Shown here in pieces: positions 39,986 to 52,974 of a stretch of DNA of 64,000 bases. The translations under genes were made by a program, and so were the position numbers. The notes below the pieces were generated by a model. That model worked only from the letters and a program-made list of their open reading frames with translations, had not been told where the DNA came from and did not search any database. Position 1 is the stretch's first letter, and every line of letters starts with the position of its first letter. Source of the stretch: Camelus dromedarius (Eukaryota); NCBI RefSeq assembly GCF_036321535.1, contig NC_087437.1, positions 35,838,001-35,902,000 of the forward strand, written 5' to 3'.

Positions 39986-40969
39986 GGAAATGGCCAATTC
40001 AGTTTGGAGCAAACTGGTTGTGTAGTGGTCACATTTAATTAGAAGCAGACCATCACAGAAGTCTATTAGTGTGTTCTCAGAATTTTGGGGTTGCACATCC
40101 TGATGAGCATCTAGTAATTTCTCAAAAATTATAGCCCCTTTTAATTGATGTTGTATTTACTATTGGGCATCTCTGGATAAAAGCTACTATAAATTTCATC
40201 TTAAATACATTTAACTCTTTAGATTATTAGTTAAGGACACAATTCAATTCTTTTGTGAATATTGATTTTGATTTTTATGTGTATGTTTTATCATTTTTTT
40301 AATTTTCATTTTTTCAGTCCTCAAAGCTATGTGCTGTATTATATCATCTATTGAGACAACTCCAGGGGAATGAGTCAACACTTAGGCAGTAGAAATTCAG
40401 ATTTCTCCAAAACTTCAAAGTTCTTTGAAAGACAGTGTGATAATTATGGTTTAGTTACTGTCAAAAATATAAACAATTGCTTGTTAAAAAAGAAAGGAAA
40501 CATCCTTTGAGAATTTCCAGCAGTTTAAAATTAAGCTGGGTTTTTCTTTTTAACTTAACATTTGCTTTATAGTAATGTGGAAGAAAACATAAAATTTAGA
40601 TTCAGAAATCTCTAAAATCAGCTTGAGTTTATTTTTAATGCTTTTGACTTTTTAAAGCTCTCCATTATAACTGTGAACAGGCACAATATGCTCATTTTAT
40701 TTTTTTCAAATTCTGTCACTGTCACCCACTGATAAAGTACTAAAAGGATTAAGAAGCTGCATGTCTCAAGCACAATTATGTTTAATTAATTAATTAATGG
40801 AGCTTGCTCCTGAGAACTGTGGCTATAAATAGCATATAAAATTTATTCTTGTCTTTTTAGACCATCAAAATAAATGATTGTAGTGGGATAAATTTAAAAA
40901 TATATTTGTGATCTACATTGTCTACCGTATTATTTTAAACATGTATATATAAGTAAAATTTTTAAGTTT

Positions 40970-41635
40970 ATCAATTCAGCAAATATTTATTTCATGTGCT
41001 GTGTTAAAAGAACTGTTCTAGGTACTGGGGATAGAGTAGAAAATCAGACAAAATATAACCCCTACCCTTGTGAAGTTTACATTCTAGAAAAGAAACATCA
41101 ACAAACAAAGTTAATAATATAAAGATGGACTATTTTCAATAGTGATAAATGTATGAAGAAAAATAAAATAGAGAACAGGGATGAGTGTGATGGGAGATGA
41201 TGTGATCTTCTATAATATGGTCAGACTAGATGCAATTGACAAGTGAACGTTAAAGAAAAGACTTGAAGGAACTTAGAGACAGAGCAATGTGCCTATCTGC
41301 GGGAACACACTTAACCAGAGGAAACAGTAAGTGCTGTGTTTGAGAAACAGTGATAATGCCAGTGTTTTCCAATAGAGGGAAAAGAGGTCAAGGAAGATAA
41401 GGTTAAAGAATGGCGTCAACTCTGTTGGATCATATAGGCCACTGTGAGGATTTGGGATTTGGCCACAAATGAGCCAGATTTCTTCAGAGGGTTTTAAGCA
41501 GAAGAGTAACTTGGTCTGACTATATTTTAGAAGGATTACTCTCTTGGAGATTGAATTAATTGCCCAGAGGGGCTTATGGGTGGGAGACATGTGGAAAGGG
41601 CTGACATGGCAGACCAGTAGGAAATCATTCAGGAA
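40970..41635 (-). mobile_element. L2 LINE 3' portion
   Basis: 'attcagcaaatatttatt...actgttctaggtactggggatagagt...ccctacccttgtgaagtttacattctag...gagggttttaagcagaagagt'. Confidence 0.85.
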
Positions 41636-42056
41636 AAAATAAATCAAATTAATCTGGTAATGATGCCTATGATGAGTAAAATCTAGGATGAGTAAAACTT
41701 ATTTCAAAGCTGTCGCTCCAGTGAATATAGAATTGCAATACTTAACAAAACTTTCTGAATAATTGCTGAATGAGACAACTGTGAAATTTATTATATGCTT
41801 TTTGGCCTGATTCAAGAAGAATCAGTGTAAAAAAATAATTAGAAATAGCTAAATTAAGAGATGTGTGAGTTGTTACCTAGCAGGGTTATACATGTTACTC
41901 CATTCAAGGTCATTTCCCCAATAAGTCTTGGATGTCATTCTGACACTGAAAAGCTCTTAAAGGCTATTGTTGCATGACTCTTTATAATATCTGTCAGAAA
42001 GAGAATCTTATTTCAAGACATTTACTGGTTTTTCTTTTGCATTAACTTGTTCATAT

Positions 42057-42392
42057 CTGCACTGTCCAGTGAAGTGGCCGCTAGCCACATATGGCTATTG
42101 AACACTTGAACTGTTGCCAGTCTGAATTCATACCTGTTCTAAGTGTAAAACACATGCTCGATATCAAATATTTAGTGTGAAAAAAATGTAAAATATCTCA
42201 TTAATGATTGTTTTTATGTTTGATTACATGTTGAGAGGTAATTAATTACATGTGAAAACATTTTGGACATATTGAGTTAAATCAGTAAATAAAATTAAAG
42301 TCAATAGTTTCTTTTTACCTTTTTTAATGAGGTTATTAGAAAATTTAAAAATACATATGTGGGTCAAATTATATTTCTATTGAACAGCATTG
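42057..42392. mobile_element. hAT-Charlie MITE (MER33-like)
   Basis: 'gcactgtccagtgaagtggccgctagccacatatggctattgaacacttgaa...aatgtaaaatatctcattaat...atatttctattgaacagcattg'. Confidence 0.85.
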
Positions 42393-44696
42393 ATCTGGGT
42401 GCCAGTGAATTCTAAGGTAGTTTTCAAAATTATAGTACTAATGTGAAAATAATAAGTGGGATAGCATGAAGTTCAGACCAGACTTACTATATTTGGGGAT
42501 TATGTATATGGTAATGAAAGTGGAATAAACAGTTGGGAAAAGATAAATTGCTCCATTAGTGATATGGTGACAAATGGATAGCTATGTGTCAAGTATCTGG
42601 ATCACTATCAATGAGAATCAAGAGTTCTCCATGGTATGTCAACATTTAGGAAAAAGAAATTTAAGAATTTAATGTCCCAAGGAAAGGAACTTGAAACTCT
42701 TGACAGATTTTGGACTGAGAGTAATCTCAGTATAACCTATGGTTGCAATAAATTGTTCCAGTCTTCTTTTGGGGGGCAGGGGAGGATTTCTTTGGCATAA
42801 ATCTCTGTTTTTATTTTTAATACTTTTATCATTTTTAGAAATTATACCAATTACTACAAAGAGAAACTACTTAATTATTTAAAACTGTAGTTTTAAATAA
42901 ATTCAAAATTATGGCCAGAATGTGTCAAAATGTGGTATTGTTTTCCTTCTGTTTCATATAACAAAACATTCATTTAAATAAATAACCTTGAATAATTTTT
43001 AAAGGACTCTTAAATATATAAGATATATTTAAGACTATTTTCTCTCTGTGCACACAGCCCACTTTGGGGTGCCGTTAAGTGGGAGGTGGAATTGAAAAAA
43101 TAATAAATAAACAAATATAAGGATTACAGTGTTTTGTTTTGATACCAATACATTACAAATTAATTTCAATATTGTGAAACTTTAACCTGCTTCTGATGCT
43201 TTTGTCATTGGTTTGGATTGACAGAAGCATAAATCTACATGACAGATAAAGAGGGGAAAATTGGTACTTGTTTCTAAATGGGCACATCAGTGATAGACCT
43301 GAATTCACTGTGTTGGAATGTTGGAGAGGCTGAGTTGGGACGTGAATGCGAAATTCTGTCCAGAATCTCGTTCATGCCTTCCATTGGTGTGTGTCACATT
43401 GTTCTCACCTTCTCAATATCCCCACAGCAAATGTCCCACAAAGATTTCCTCCTGTTGGACACTTAGAAAGTGTCTTGGAAAGTCTGGAGGCTCTGCCTTC
43501 TAAGAACTTTCTACTCATCTTTTCTGTGCCTCTTAGGGAACCTCTGATTTCTGGCTATCCTGCTCTATATGAACAGGCTACTCTTTCAGTGTCTTTGCCC
43601 AACATACAGACTTCAGGATACATTTGATCCATGATGTATAGCTAAGGGCCAGTGTCTTTGGCTTCTGAGTTCAGCCTCAGTTCTTGCAATTTCATCCTGT
43701 AAAGTGGGGCCTCTGGAAACATAATTTTATCCAGGAGAAGTATGATAAAGAGAATTTGGATGAGGAGAGCTAAGATCAGTGTTCAATAGTAGGGATTCGT
43801 TGTGTTTGGGTAGTACTTCATTATTATAAAATTTCTTCACATACTTTGTCTCACTTGCGCTTATTTTTCCCGTGGCCTGAGCAGTAAATGTTTTCATCTT
43901 CTATCATAGAGAATTGGACAATGAAGTCTCGGAGTACTTAAACCCAGTCAGAACAGTATTTAGTGATGTTCCCTGAACTTGAATCATCCTCTTCAGGCCT
44001 TTAGTTTACTGCTTTTTTCACCCTCTATATTATCTCTACCAAAAAAGAGATTTCAATTTTTGTTGTTATCATAAAATACTTGAAAGCTACTCTGTGTAAT
44101 ACAGTCCTTCAGTTGGTTATCTACTTGTGGAGTCGCACAGGTCTGTCTGTTGTCAGTATCCATGTGTTAATTGAAGAGAAAAGGTTTTTAGCCAAGTAGA
44201 TAGCATTTGGGGGGTATTTCTTGTCTCATTCAGACACACCTATTGGCCAAATTATTCATAGCCAAGATGAAGTGGAGAGAAACATTTTCTAAGGGAGTAT
44301 AGAGGAGTATAATACTAATGTTCAAGTAACACTTTCCATCACATGATGAGGAAAAATAACTTTCCGATGAAAGAAACAAAAAGTCATATCATTTTCCCCC
44401 ACTATTATATTCAGAAAAAAGTCTCCGTTGGGTTATGTGATCTGTTTGAATACAATAAACTAAGTGGGGAGCAAGTTATTATACAGAAATAACTGACAAA
44501 GCGGTTCTAGTCACAACTAAAGCTTTGAAAGTAAGCACTAAATAAGTGGAAGTGTGGTCTGGGGGTGATCACCTGCAGGGTTTTATAGTACTACCAATAA
44601 GATTTTTGCACACAATCTAGGTAGATCACTCAATCCAATGGTGCCATCAAGGATGACAGCATTGAGAGTACACGTCATGTTCTGTTTTCAACTAGA

Positions 44697-44797
44697 TTAC
44701 TTATTTATTTATTTTTAGAGGAGGAACTGGGGATGGAACCCAGGACCTTGTACATGCTAAGCGTATGCTCTACCACTTGAGCTATGCCCTCCCCACA
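44697..44797 (-). mobile_element. tRNA-derived SINE (Vic-1-like)
   Basis: 'ctggggatggaacccaggaccttgtacatgctaagcgtatgctctaccacttgagctatgccctcccc', with a perfect 15-bp TSD ctgttttcaactaga at 44682-44696 and 44798-44812. Confidence 0.92.
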
Positions 44798-45177
44798 CTG
44801 TTTTCAACTAGAGAACAAATCCAATGACAGCAGTGATAAAGTCATATCAATTTGTACAGTAGTCCCTCTCACTGGAGATGTGGCTCCAGCACAAGTAAAG
44901 GAACAAATTCTGTCTCAGAGTGCTTCCTTCAGTGGCTATGAGCCAGATAAATGAGAACATTTTGAACACTTACACTAAGTACTCTAGGTCAACAAGTCTA
45001 GATTGTAAGATTGGTACTAAGTGATACAGTAGTGAAATGTTACTAGTACAAGAAGTCTTCTTAAAACCGTTTATGCTATTCTGAACTCTAAATACAATCT
45101 GTAAGATTATTTAAATTTTGAACTTGAAAGTTTTACCTTGTATCGAAAAGAAGTTGATTAAAAATATAGTTGCTGGT

Positions 45178-45324
45178 GGGGGAGGGTGTAGCTCAGTGGT
45201 AGAGCATATGCTCAGCATGCATGAGGTCCTGGGTTCAATCCCCAGTACTTCCATTAAGTAAATAAAAAAATAGATAAATGTAATTACCTCCCTCCTCACA
45301 AAAAAAAAAGCAGAAACAAAACCA
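45178..45324 (+). mobile_element. tRNA-derived SINE (Vic-1-like), full length
   Basis: Head 'ggggagggtgtagctcagtggtagagc...gtcctgggttcaatccccag' with Pol III A box (TAGCTCAGTGG) and B box (GGTTCAATCC), then an A-rich tail. aaaaatatag is repeated at 45160-45169 and 45325-45334 at a TT/AAAA site. Confidence 0.92.
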
Positions 45325-46507
45325 AAAAATATAGGTCTCAAGTGACTTGAAAATTTTAGTTTCAAATTTGGTGCAATACATTAAGGTTACTTCACTGAAA
45401 ATAAAAGACATATTTCATAACAAAGACCCATAAAAATGATATGTGTCTTCTCCCAAACCATGTTTAAAAATCATATACAAAGAGATCACATTTCCTGTGT
45501 TTTTGCAATTTCTGATAATAAACATTTGTTATTTTATAACTTGATAAAGCTAGTTACATTTCCCTAAATGTTTGAATTCCAGTGATTATTTGAAAAATGC
45601 AATTAGAACATATGGAATTCTGGAAGTACATTTCAACAGGGCCACAGTCAACTGGAGCTGAGTTGTGATGGCCCCTTCCACACACCTATGGAACCCCTGC
45701 TCCTATAGTCTTTCTCTTTATTTTTCTTATTTGTGCTTACTATATTCATTTTATTTTCTCACTTGTATCACAACTATTTATGTTTTTATTGCCTAATACA
45801 GAAATCCTGTAAGGAGCTTCTCATCTTTCAATATGTTTGATTCATGAGGCTTCTGGTTAAAACACATTGAAATCTATAATTTTACCTTTTTTTTCCTGAT
45901 AGCTAAAATGTTTTGAAATTGAGCACAAGTAAACCCCATGAAATACTTAAATTATAGTCTTAAATGCATGACTTTAAAGCCAATAGCTGACTTTTAAAAT
46001 GAAAGAGAAAAAATAAAGAAATAATGGATATTAATTTACATACTATTAATGGGATGTATGTTATTACAAATATTTAAAAGGCTATGAGCTTAAGTTTATC
46101 TAGATAATACAACTAAAGTTTGTCAAACCATTATAAACATTTTATTTATTTATAAAAATGTTCTGCCATTTACAAAAAATGGAAGGAAAATGTAACTGAC
46201 TTGTATTGAAATTGACTTACATGCCTTACACTGCTAAGCATATGTTCTGCATCACCATGGCCTTGACTCCTGATCTCAGATGCGTTATCTCTGCACTTCT
46301 TTTCCTCACCTCTGCCCAGCAGGCTGATGCTTCAGACTTTTATCACCTGAGATACACTGCAGGTTTGCTTTCCAGCTGAATCCTACTATTATTTCTTATG
46401 GTGTTATTAAACATAAGGAGAGCATCATATTAAATGATGACATTTTCCAAAGTCCAAAAATTAGGAGACCACATATTCTAATGGAAAAGTCATGAATGTA
46501 AACATAT

Positions 46508-47018
46508 AGAGTTGGCCTTCCTTATCTGCAGTTTCCACATCTGCAGAGTCAACCAAACTTAGATCAAAAATATTCGGGAAATACTCCTTTTCATATTCAT
46601 TTTCATGATAGGTTACTACAAATTATTTAATTTAGTTCCTGGTGCTATACAGAATAAACTAGGAATATATATGTATGTATATATATATGAAGCATTATGC
46701 TATACACCAGAAAGTGACACAAAATTGTAACTATATTTCAATTAAAAAAAAACTAAACAAAATTCATAAAATATATCCAGAAAGTTCTAAAAAGCAACTG
46801 ATTTTCCTTGCCATACAGAGGCAACTATTTGCAAAGCATTTACATTGTATTAGGTATTATAAGTAATCTGGAGATGATTTAAAGTATACAGGAAGATGTG
46901 TGTTGGTTAAATACAAATAATACACCATTTTATATAAAGGACTAGAGCATGTGCTGATTTTAGTATGCAAGGGGGATCCTGGCACCAATCCCCTTGCTGA
47001 TACCAAAAGACATGATCA
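46508..47018. mobile_element. Tigger3-like MITE interrupted by an L1 fragment
   Basis: Left arm 'gttggccttccttatctgcagtttccacatctgcagagtcaaccaa...aaaatattcgggaaa'. Right part 'agcatttacattgtattaggtattataagtaatctggagatgatttaaagtatacagg...gggatcctggcaccaatcccc'. Confidence 0.85.
46582..46760 (+). mobile_element. Artiodactyl-type L1 3' end with 5' inversion
   Basis: 46582-46660 is antisense 3'UTR ('ataggttactacaa...tagttcctggtgctatacag'). 46661-46752 is the sense terminus ('tatgctatacaccagaaagtgacac...actatatttcaattaaaaaaaaa'). Confidence 0.8.
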
Positions 47019-47044
47019 TACATTTGGTTTCTGCTCTTGGTTAT

Positions 47045-47506
47045 TGTATTAGTTTCCTAGGGCTGCTGTAATATAGAACAACAAGCTGGGTGGCTTAAAA
47101 CTACAGAAGTTTTTTCTCTGGTAGTTCTGGAGACTAAACATTTGAAACTGAAGTGTTGCCAGGGCCATGCTCTCTCTGAAGTTTCTAGGGGCGGATACTT
47201 CCTAGGTTTTGGTGGTTGCCAGCAACCCTCGGAGTTTCTTAAATGCAATCGCTGCCTTAATCTTCACATAGTGTTCTCCCTGTATTTCGTCATATCATCT
47301 TCCATCTGTGTGTGTCTGTATCCAAATTTCCCTTTTCTCATAAGGACAGCCATTATTGGGTTAGGGCTTGCTCTTACCCAACATGTCCTCAACTTAACTT
47401 GATTACATCTGTGAAGACTTTTTAAAAATAAGGTCACATTCATTGGTTCCAGGTATACACAATTTTTTTTTCTTTTTTTGGAGGGGGCACTATTTAACTC
47501 AATACA
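47045..47506 (-). mobile_element. MaLR solo LTR (MLT1C-like)
   Basis: Same start as the copy at 27818 ('tgtattagtttcctagggctgctgtaa'), ends '...ctcaataca', with TSD gttat/cttat. Confidence 0.9.
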
Positions 47507-48296
47507 CTTATGAAATATTTGACACTGGATGTGCATTTTGTACATAAAATTTCTCATCTATCAAATGTAAACTAAAAAGAAATGCCCCCATTTTTTCAAG
47601 GCAAATCACAGCATGCATTCAAGTCACTCTCTGGGAAAAGTTTCAGTGAAAGAATCTCCAAACTAGTATCTCTGGAGTTGACATTCCCGAAAATCAAACT
47701 CCGCTGACTTTCACTCTATTTTTGTTCCCATTATTGCCAGGTCAGTGTCCCCTTTGTTAAATATACCCCAATCCCTTTCCTTGATTTTCCTTAATATAGT
47801 TCAAAAGCTTTTCTAAAATAATTTGTAAATTATTCACATATAACAAAAAATGGTTGGAAGAATTCAAATAGCATACAAATCAACGTGTATTTAAACAAAC
47901 AGGCAGTTGTTTCCTGAATTGTCATATTACATGTCTGATTTAACGGCTTAGAATTTAACATTTTTTTCCAGTTCCTTTTTTTCCTCTCCTGTAGGACTCT
48001 TATTGGAGGAATTTTATTCTCTAACAGGTTTTAGAGATGCAGTGACATTAGGGCCATTCTCAACACATGATTCAGTACCTAGTAGAAAGCCCGAGTTCAT
48101 GTAATTGGTCATTTACGTAAATTGGCTAGATAAATGAATATAGCTTTATGCTTCTCCAGACACTTAGCATTCAAAGAATCTCAGAGATTTTTCCTCTGAT
48201 GTCTGTCTATTATGGAGTAGTAGGTGACAAATTTTGCTTATGTACTGACTTGTGAAAATATATTTTGCTCTAATTTCTGGGAATTATACCAAAATA

Positions 48297-48556
48297 TACC
48301 CAATCCTCATTGTTCATGTATTCCAGATTTGAGAATTTGCCTACTTGATAGATTTATTTGTAACCCTAAAATCTATAGTTTTGTTACCTTCATGGTCATT
48401 TAAGGACATGTTAGACTGACAAAAAAAATTTGAGTCCCCTGACAGCAGTGTCCCCAGCTGGATCACACAAAATGATGATTTGCCTTCTTGTTCCAGCTCT
48501 CATGCTGTAAATAAGTGAACTGTTGTGGTCTATATAGTGTTAGATTTTTGCATTTT
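48297..48556. mobile_element. TcMar-Tigger MITE (MER82-like), cut by the assembly gap
   Basis: 'atcctcattgttcatgtattcc...gaatttgcctact...tttatttgtaaccctaaaatc...aaaaatttgagtc...tgccttcttgttccagctctcatgctgtaaa'. Family name from recall. Confidence 0.65.
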
Positions 48557-48756
48557 NNNNNNNNNNNNNNNNNNNNNNNNNNNNNNNNNNNNNNNNNNNN
48601 NNNNNNNNNNNNNNNNNNNNNNNNNNNNNNNNNNNNNNNNNNNNNNNNNNNNNNNNNNNNNNNNNNNNNNNNNNNNNNNNNNNNNNNNNNNNNNNNNNNN
48701 NNNNNNNNNNNNNNNNNNNNNNNNNNNNNNNNNNNNNNNNNNNNNNNNNNNNNNNN
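48557..48756. other. Assembly gap (200 N)
   Basis: Seen directly. Confidence 1.
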
Positions 48757-50504
48757 ATATTTTTTTCTTGACATGTTTTTCTTTTAAACAAACCTATAAT
48801 AGAAACAAGAAAGCTGGAATGTATAAAATGACTTCTTAATTTTGTAAGCATTGAAAAATATGCTAGATGAACAGTTAACAAAACTTGAAATAATTTGATT
48901 ACAGGAGATACAAGTTTTTTGTGACTTTCTTTTAGTCAAAAAAATGTTCTTTTCAAAAAAGTGCTATTCTCAGGGAAAAAATTTACTGATAATCTAAGGC
49001 CCTATTATTAAAATAAGATATATGTGCAAATAGTGATATTTTATATAAATTACAGAATCACAAAATGAATTAAAATCTCTGATACCTGACAACAATTTCT
49101 TTATCAAATCCTTAAGTCTTTTTTTCTAAGAAGGAAGATTCAGATAATACAATTCTGTGTTTGAACACCATTTTTGAGGAGGTTCTTCCTAATATTTATG
49201 TTTAGTGTTTCTTCTGGGGATATAATGTTGAAAAAGTAAAATTTCCAGTATAACATTTAGTATATTTGAGTTCAGACAATGCTATTGAAAAAAGTTAATA
49301 ACTCTCTGAGAAAGCAAAGTTTCTCATAAAATTAGAACCAAGAATACATAAAGGGAGATATATCATCTTAATAGTAATTGGCATCAATGAGAGAAAGAAA
49401 AACAGAGGACAGACTCTTTGAAGGTTCTGACCTTAAAAAGCATAATACTTCCCTGGAAGACAAGAAAGTAACATTAGGGTTTTCTCCCAAGCAAGACTGC
49501 ACAGGACTAGTTCAGGTAAAGCATCATGCCCTCCCCAAATTACAATATGAAGTTTTGATGTTGAAAGTGTGGATGTAGTGCTATATCCAGGGCCAAAAAA
49601 GATGCTCTAAAAGAGGTAATGGGTGGAAATTTGGATGTTGAAAGAGAAAGCATAAAACAAAGTCTTTGCTGTTGTTTTGTTATTTAATAAATTCAAAGTC
49701 TGAGCATGTATGTTTTAATTCTGGGGGGTGCTGAAGGCCTTTCCACAGGCCCAGGAGCCCCTCAGTGTAAATAAATCGGAGGCAGCACTTTCATGTTGAT
49801 TTGCCTCCCAGACTGATTTGAGTTACTGCAAATACAGGTTTACTTCCTTAGCAGGGCTTATGAGTTAAATTGTGTTGAATTGTGGTTGGAGGGATTACAA
49901 CAACTTACACCTGTGATTGGCCCACTTTATTTTTTATATTTTATAACAGGCCATCAGTAAAAGGAGAAAAAGAGGGGCTAACAGTCCGTGTTAAACTGAT
50001 TCCCCCTATACTAGTTTCATACACCTTTCAGTCTAATAAATTGCCTTAAATGTTTTAACTACAAGGTCACATCTTAGACTTGGATGACATCTACAGTGAT
50101 GCCACTAAGTAACTGTTTTAATTTTAACTTGAACAGTTATGGTAACTGTGAATTTATTATCTCTCAAGCAGACATCCTGTATTTGTGGGGTCTGAATATT
50201 ACACAGTTCTTCTTCATTAACATAAAGTTTAATCTTATCTCGCTGTAGCTTTCATCCTTAGTCTTAATTTCAATCTCTATGGCCAAATAAGTCTAATTTC
50301 TCTGGAGACAGCTGTCTCATTACTTTGAGTGTATTCACCTGATTAAGATCCCTCCAAGCAATCAATTCTACTATGACAGTGTTTTTATTTTTCTCCCATT
50401 CTGCTTGCTACCACCTAGCAGATGTCGTTTGATCAACATAGGGTATTTTAGGGAGCTAGCACCCCTGCTATTTTACATATTCATGTATATATTTTATCTG
50501 TATA

Positions 50505-51369
50505 TGTGATATTGTGATTTATAATACATAAATATATAATTTGTTCTTCCTTCATGGTTCTGGGCTCACAGCTCCCAAAACCCTTGGAATTTCCTGAGCA
50601 ATAAGAGCAGTGGGTGCATTTTTCTGTCATAATATTTGGTCTCTTGTCCTCAGTTCCTAAAATCACTTCAGAGCCATGAAGGTGAAATGCATGTGTTGTT
50701 ATTCATAACAAGCCCTGTTCCACCACAACTGGGTTTATGCTAGTGAGCTGACTTTCTGAAAGGACCAAGGGATGGGGGCTGGCTGTCAGGGAAAACAACC
50801 ATGACTAGGTCGAAACTTTCAGACCCTCCTCCTTATTTCCAGGGAGGGGAGAGGGGCTGGAGTTTAAATCAATTAACAAGGGTCAATGATTTAACCAGTC
50901 ACACCTTTGCAACAAAGCCTCCATAAAACCCTGTGAGGGCTGGGTTCAGAGAGCCTCCAGGATTGTAAAACATACACGTCTCCTGACGTTGATGGGTCCC
51001 AGCTCTAAAAAGGGAAGGACGCTCCTGCACTGGGGACCCTCCCAGACCTTGCCCTGTGCGGCTCTTCATCTGGCTGTCATCTGTAAACGTAAGTAACTGT
51101 TTCCTTGAGTTCTCTGAGCCGCTTTAGCAAGTTAATCAAACCTCAGGAGCGGGGCATGGGAACCGCTGACTTACAGAAACACAGAACCACAAATGACAAC
51201 TCTACTTGCATTTGGCTTCTGAAGTGGGGTGGGGGCATCCTGTGGGACCAAGTGGGATCTGATGCTATCTCCAAGTAGATATTTTCAGAATTGAGTTAAA
51301 TTGTAGGACACCTAACTGCTGTCACAGAGAATAGCTTGTGCTGTGAGAACTCTCCGCACCCACCCCCAA

Positions 51370-51433
<64 letters not shown>

Positions 51434-51448
51434 AATTGGGAACAGAAC
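50505..51448 (+). mobile_element. MER21-like LTR
   Basis: 'tgtgatattgtgatttataa...cacagctcccaaaacccttggaatttcctgag...ccagggaggggagaggggctggag...gtgggatctgatgctatctccaagtagat...cagaattgagttaaattgtaggacacc'. Contains an (AC)30 run near its 3' end. Confidence 0.85.
51371..51430. repeat. (AC)30 microsatellite
   Basis: Seen directly. Confidence 0.97.
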
Positions 51449-51463
51449 AATTATATATTTTAT

Positions 51464-51866
51464 TGACAAACTTAATTCTTATATTGAAACTCACAAAATG
51501 GAGGCTACCCCCGTGGCCCACAGCACATCACAAATCTCAACCTAAGTCAGCCTGCACTTACGAGAAACACCTGTCAGGGAAACCTAAACATACACCAATT
51601 ATAGTCCTCCGTTTCAGCTTTAGCTCTCTGACCTTACCCTCAAAAATAGGACCTGCTGGCCTTAGAAGGAAATCCTCCTCTCCAGTCATGTCCTGTTTCC
51701 ATGGTGCCTTTTCAGCACTCTGTGAAAGTCTCTCTTGCCCAAAATTTCTTGGGAACAATGTTCTACAGCTTATAAGACACTGGACTCCCCCAATCCATGG
51801 ATTGTGTTCCTTTGAATAAAGGACATCAAATTCATTACTAAATTATTCAAGTTTTCTCACTTGATA
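51464..51866 (+). mobile_element. Probable old ERV1-type LTR (family unresolved)
   Basis: LTR-like layout: 'aaaatggagg' near the start, CCAAT at about 51595, AATAAA at 51815-51820, and an end resembling '...ttgaca' ('ttgata'). Confidence 0.5.
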
Positions 51867-51869
51867 ATA

Positions 51870-52062
51870 CAGTTGACCCTGGAATAATGTGGAGGTTAAT
51901 CCTCGTATAATTTACAATCGGCAGGCCCCCCATATTCCCGGTTCTTCCACATATGAGGGTTCAACCAACCACAGACCTTGTAGTACTGTAGTGTTTACTT
52001 TTGAAAAATATCTCCAAATGGGACCCAAGCAGTTCCAACCCTCATTGTTCCAGGATCAACTG
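51870..52062. mobile_element. Tigger2-derived MITE with intact TIRs
   Basis: Terminal inverted repeats cagttgaccctggaataatg / cattgttccaggatcaactg, flanked by TA on both sides (Tc1/mariner TSD). Confidence 0.9.
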
Positions 52063-52974
52063 TATATATAATGCATTATAGTATATATTATAGATAATAT
52101 TATTACTGTTGCCTAAGTTTTTCTGGTTGTTTTGTTTCATTTTGTGGGGTTTTGGAGGGGGCAATTGATTGACTAATTTAATAGATTAACTTTTCAGCAG
52201 CCACATATGGTTGATATATATTCAATATTCTTAGTTTTTTTCTTCCTAATTTTTTCTCTCTTCCATTTTTTCAAAAGGTGCCTATGTTTTTCCTTAATTC
52301 CACAAATATATTGTCACTTGAACTAAACCATCAGTCCTTTTAGACAAAGACTGTTATATCCTTTCATTTCTTGATCTGTGTTCTTGGAGTCTCTAAGGCT
52401 CATTCCACCTTTAGCTTTCTCTCATTCTGAAAATGTGTAGGACTTCTATGTTCTGTATCACACTAGGAAAATAGTAAATAAACAAGGCTGTTTATTTAAA
52501 CTTTAAATAAAGTTGCTGTTCAATTAAACTTTATTCTGAGTTGATATGACTAATAACTATAAATATAGGATACAGAGGCTACTTTATCTCTTTCTTCTAA
52601 GATTAAAGGCATCTTTTCCCAGTCATCTTTTAGGGGAAATAATTATGTTTCATTTGATCTAAATTCTAGTCTGCTGGTAGTATTTTTATTGGTCAAATGA
52701 GAATATGTAACAAAAAATACAGTGTCACTAGTGCTAAGTATGCTAACCTCACAGTTAGTTCTTATTTTCTTACTGGCAAAAACCAACACATAATACCTTT
52801 TGATGAATAATATTAACAGTACAAAAATTAGCTAGTTAAATGAATTATTTAAAGCAATGGAAGTCAAGGTGAGATGGGTTAACAAAGACAGGATGGTGTA
52901 ATGTTAACACATAGAGGAAATTTAGATAATATACAGTTTTTAATAAAAGTTGTGCTCCTACAATGTACTTGGAG

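Noticed and set aside
45178..45250. tRNA-like sequence with A and B boxes
   Set aside because: It continues into an A-rich SINE tail with a flanking duplication and has three decayed paralogues in the window, so it is a SINE head and not a tRNA gene.
48463..48881. Four ORFs of 90-113 aa
   Set aside because: Artefacts of translating through the 200-N gap.
49773..49820. Short hairpin ggaggca/tgcctcc near FOX-like motifs
   Set aside because: The 7-bp stem is too short and too interrupted to support a pre-miRNA or other RNA call.
51312..51819. ORFs with THTHTH / VCVCVC runs, including the 158-aa ORF
   Set aside because: Produced by the (AC)30 microsatellite and LTR sequence. The same applies to ORFs at about 32783-33587 and 38129-38386.
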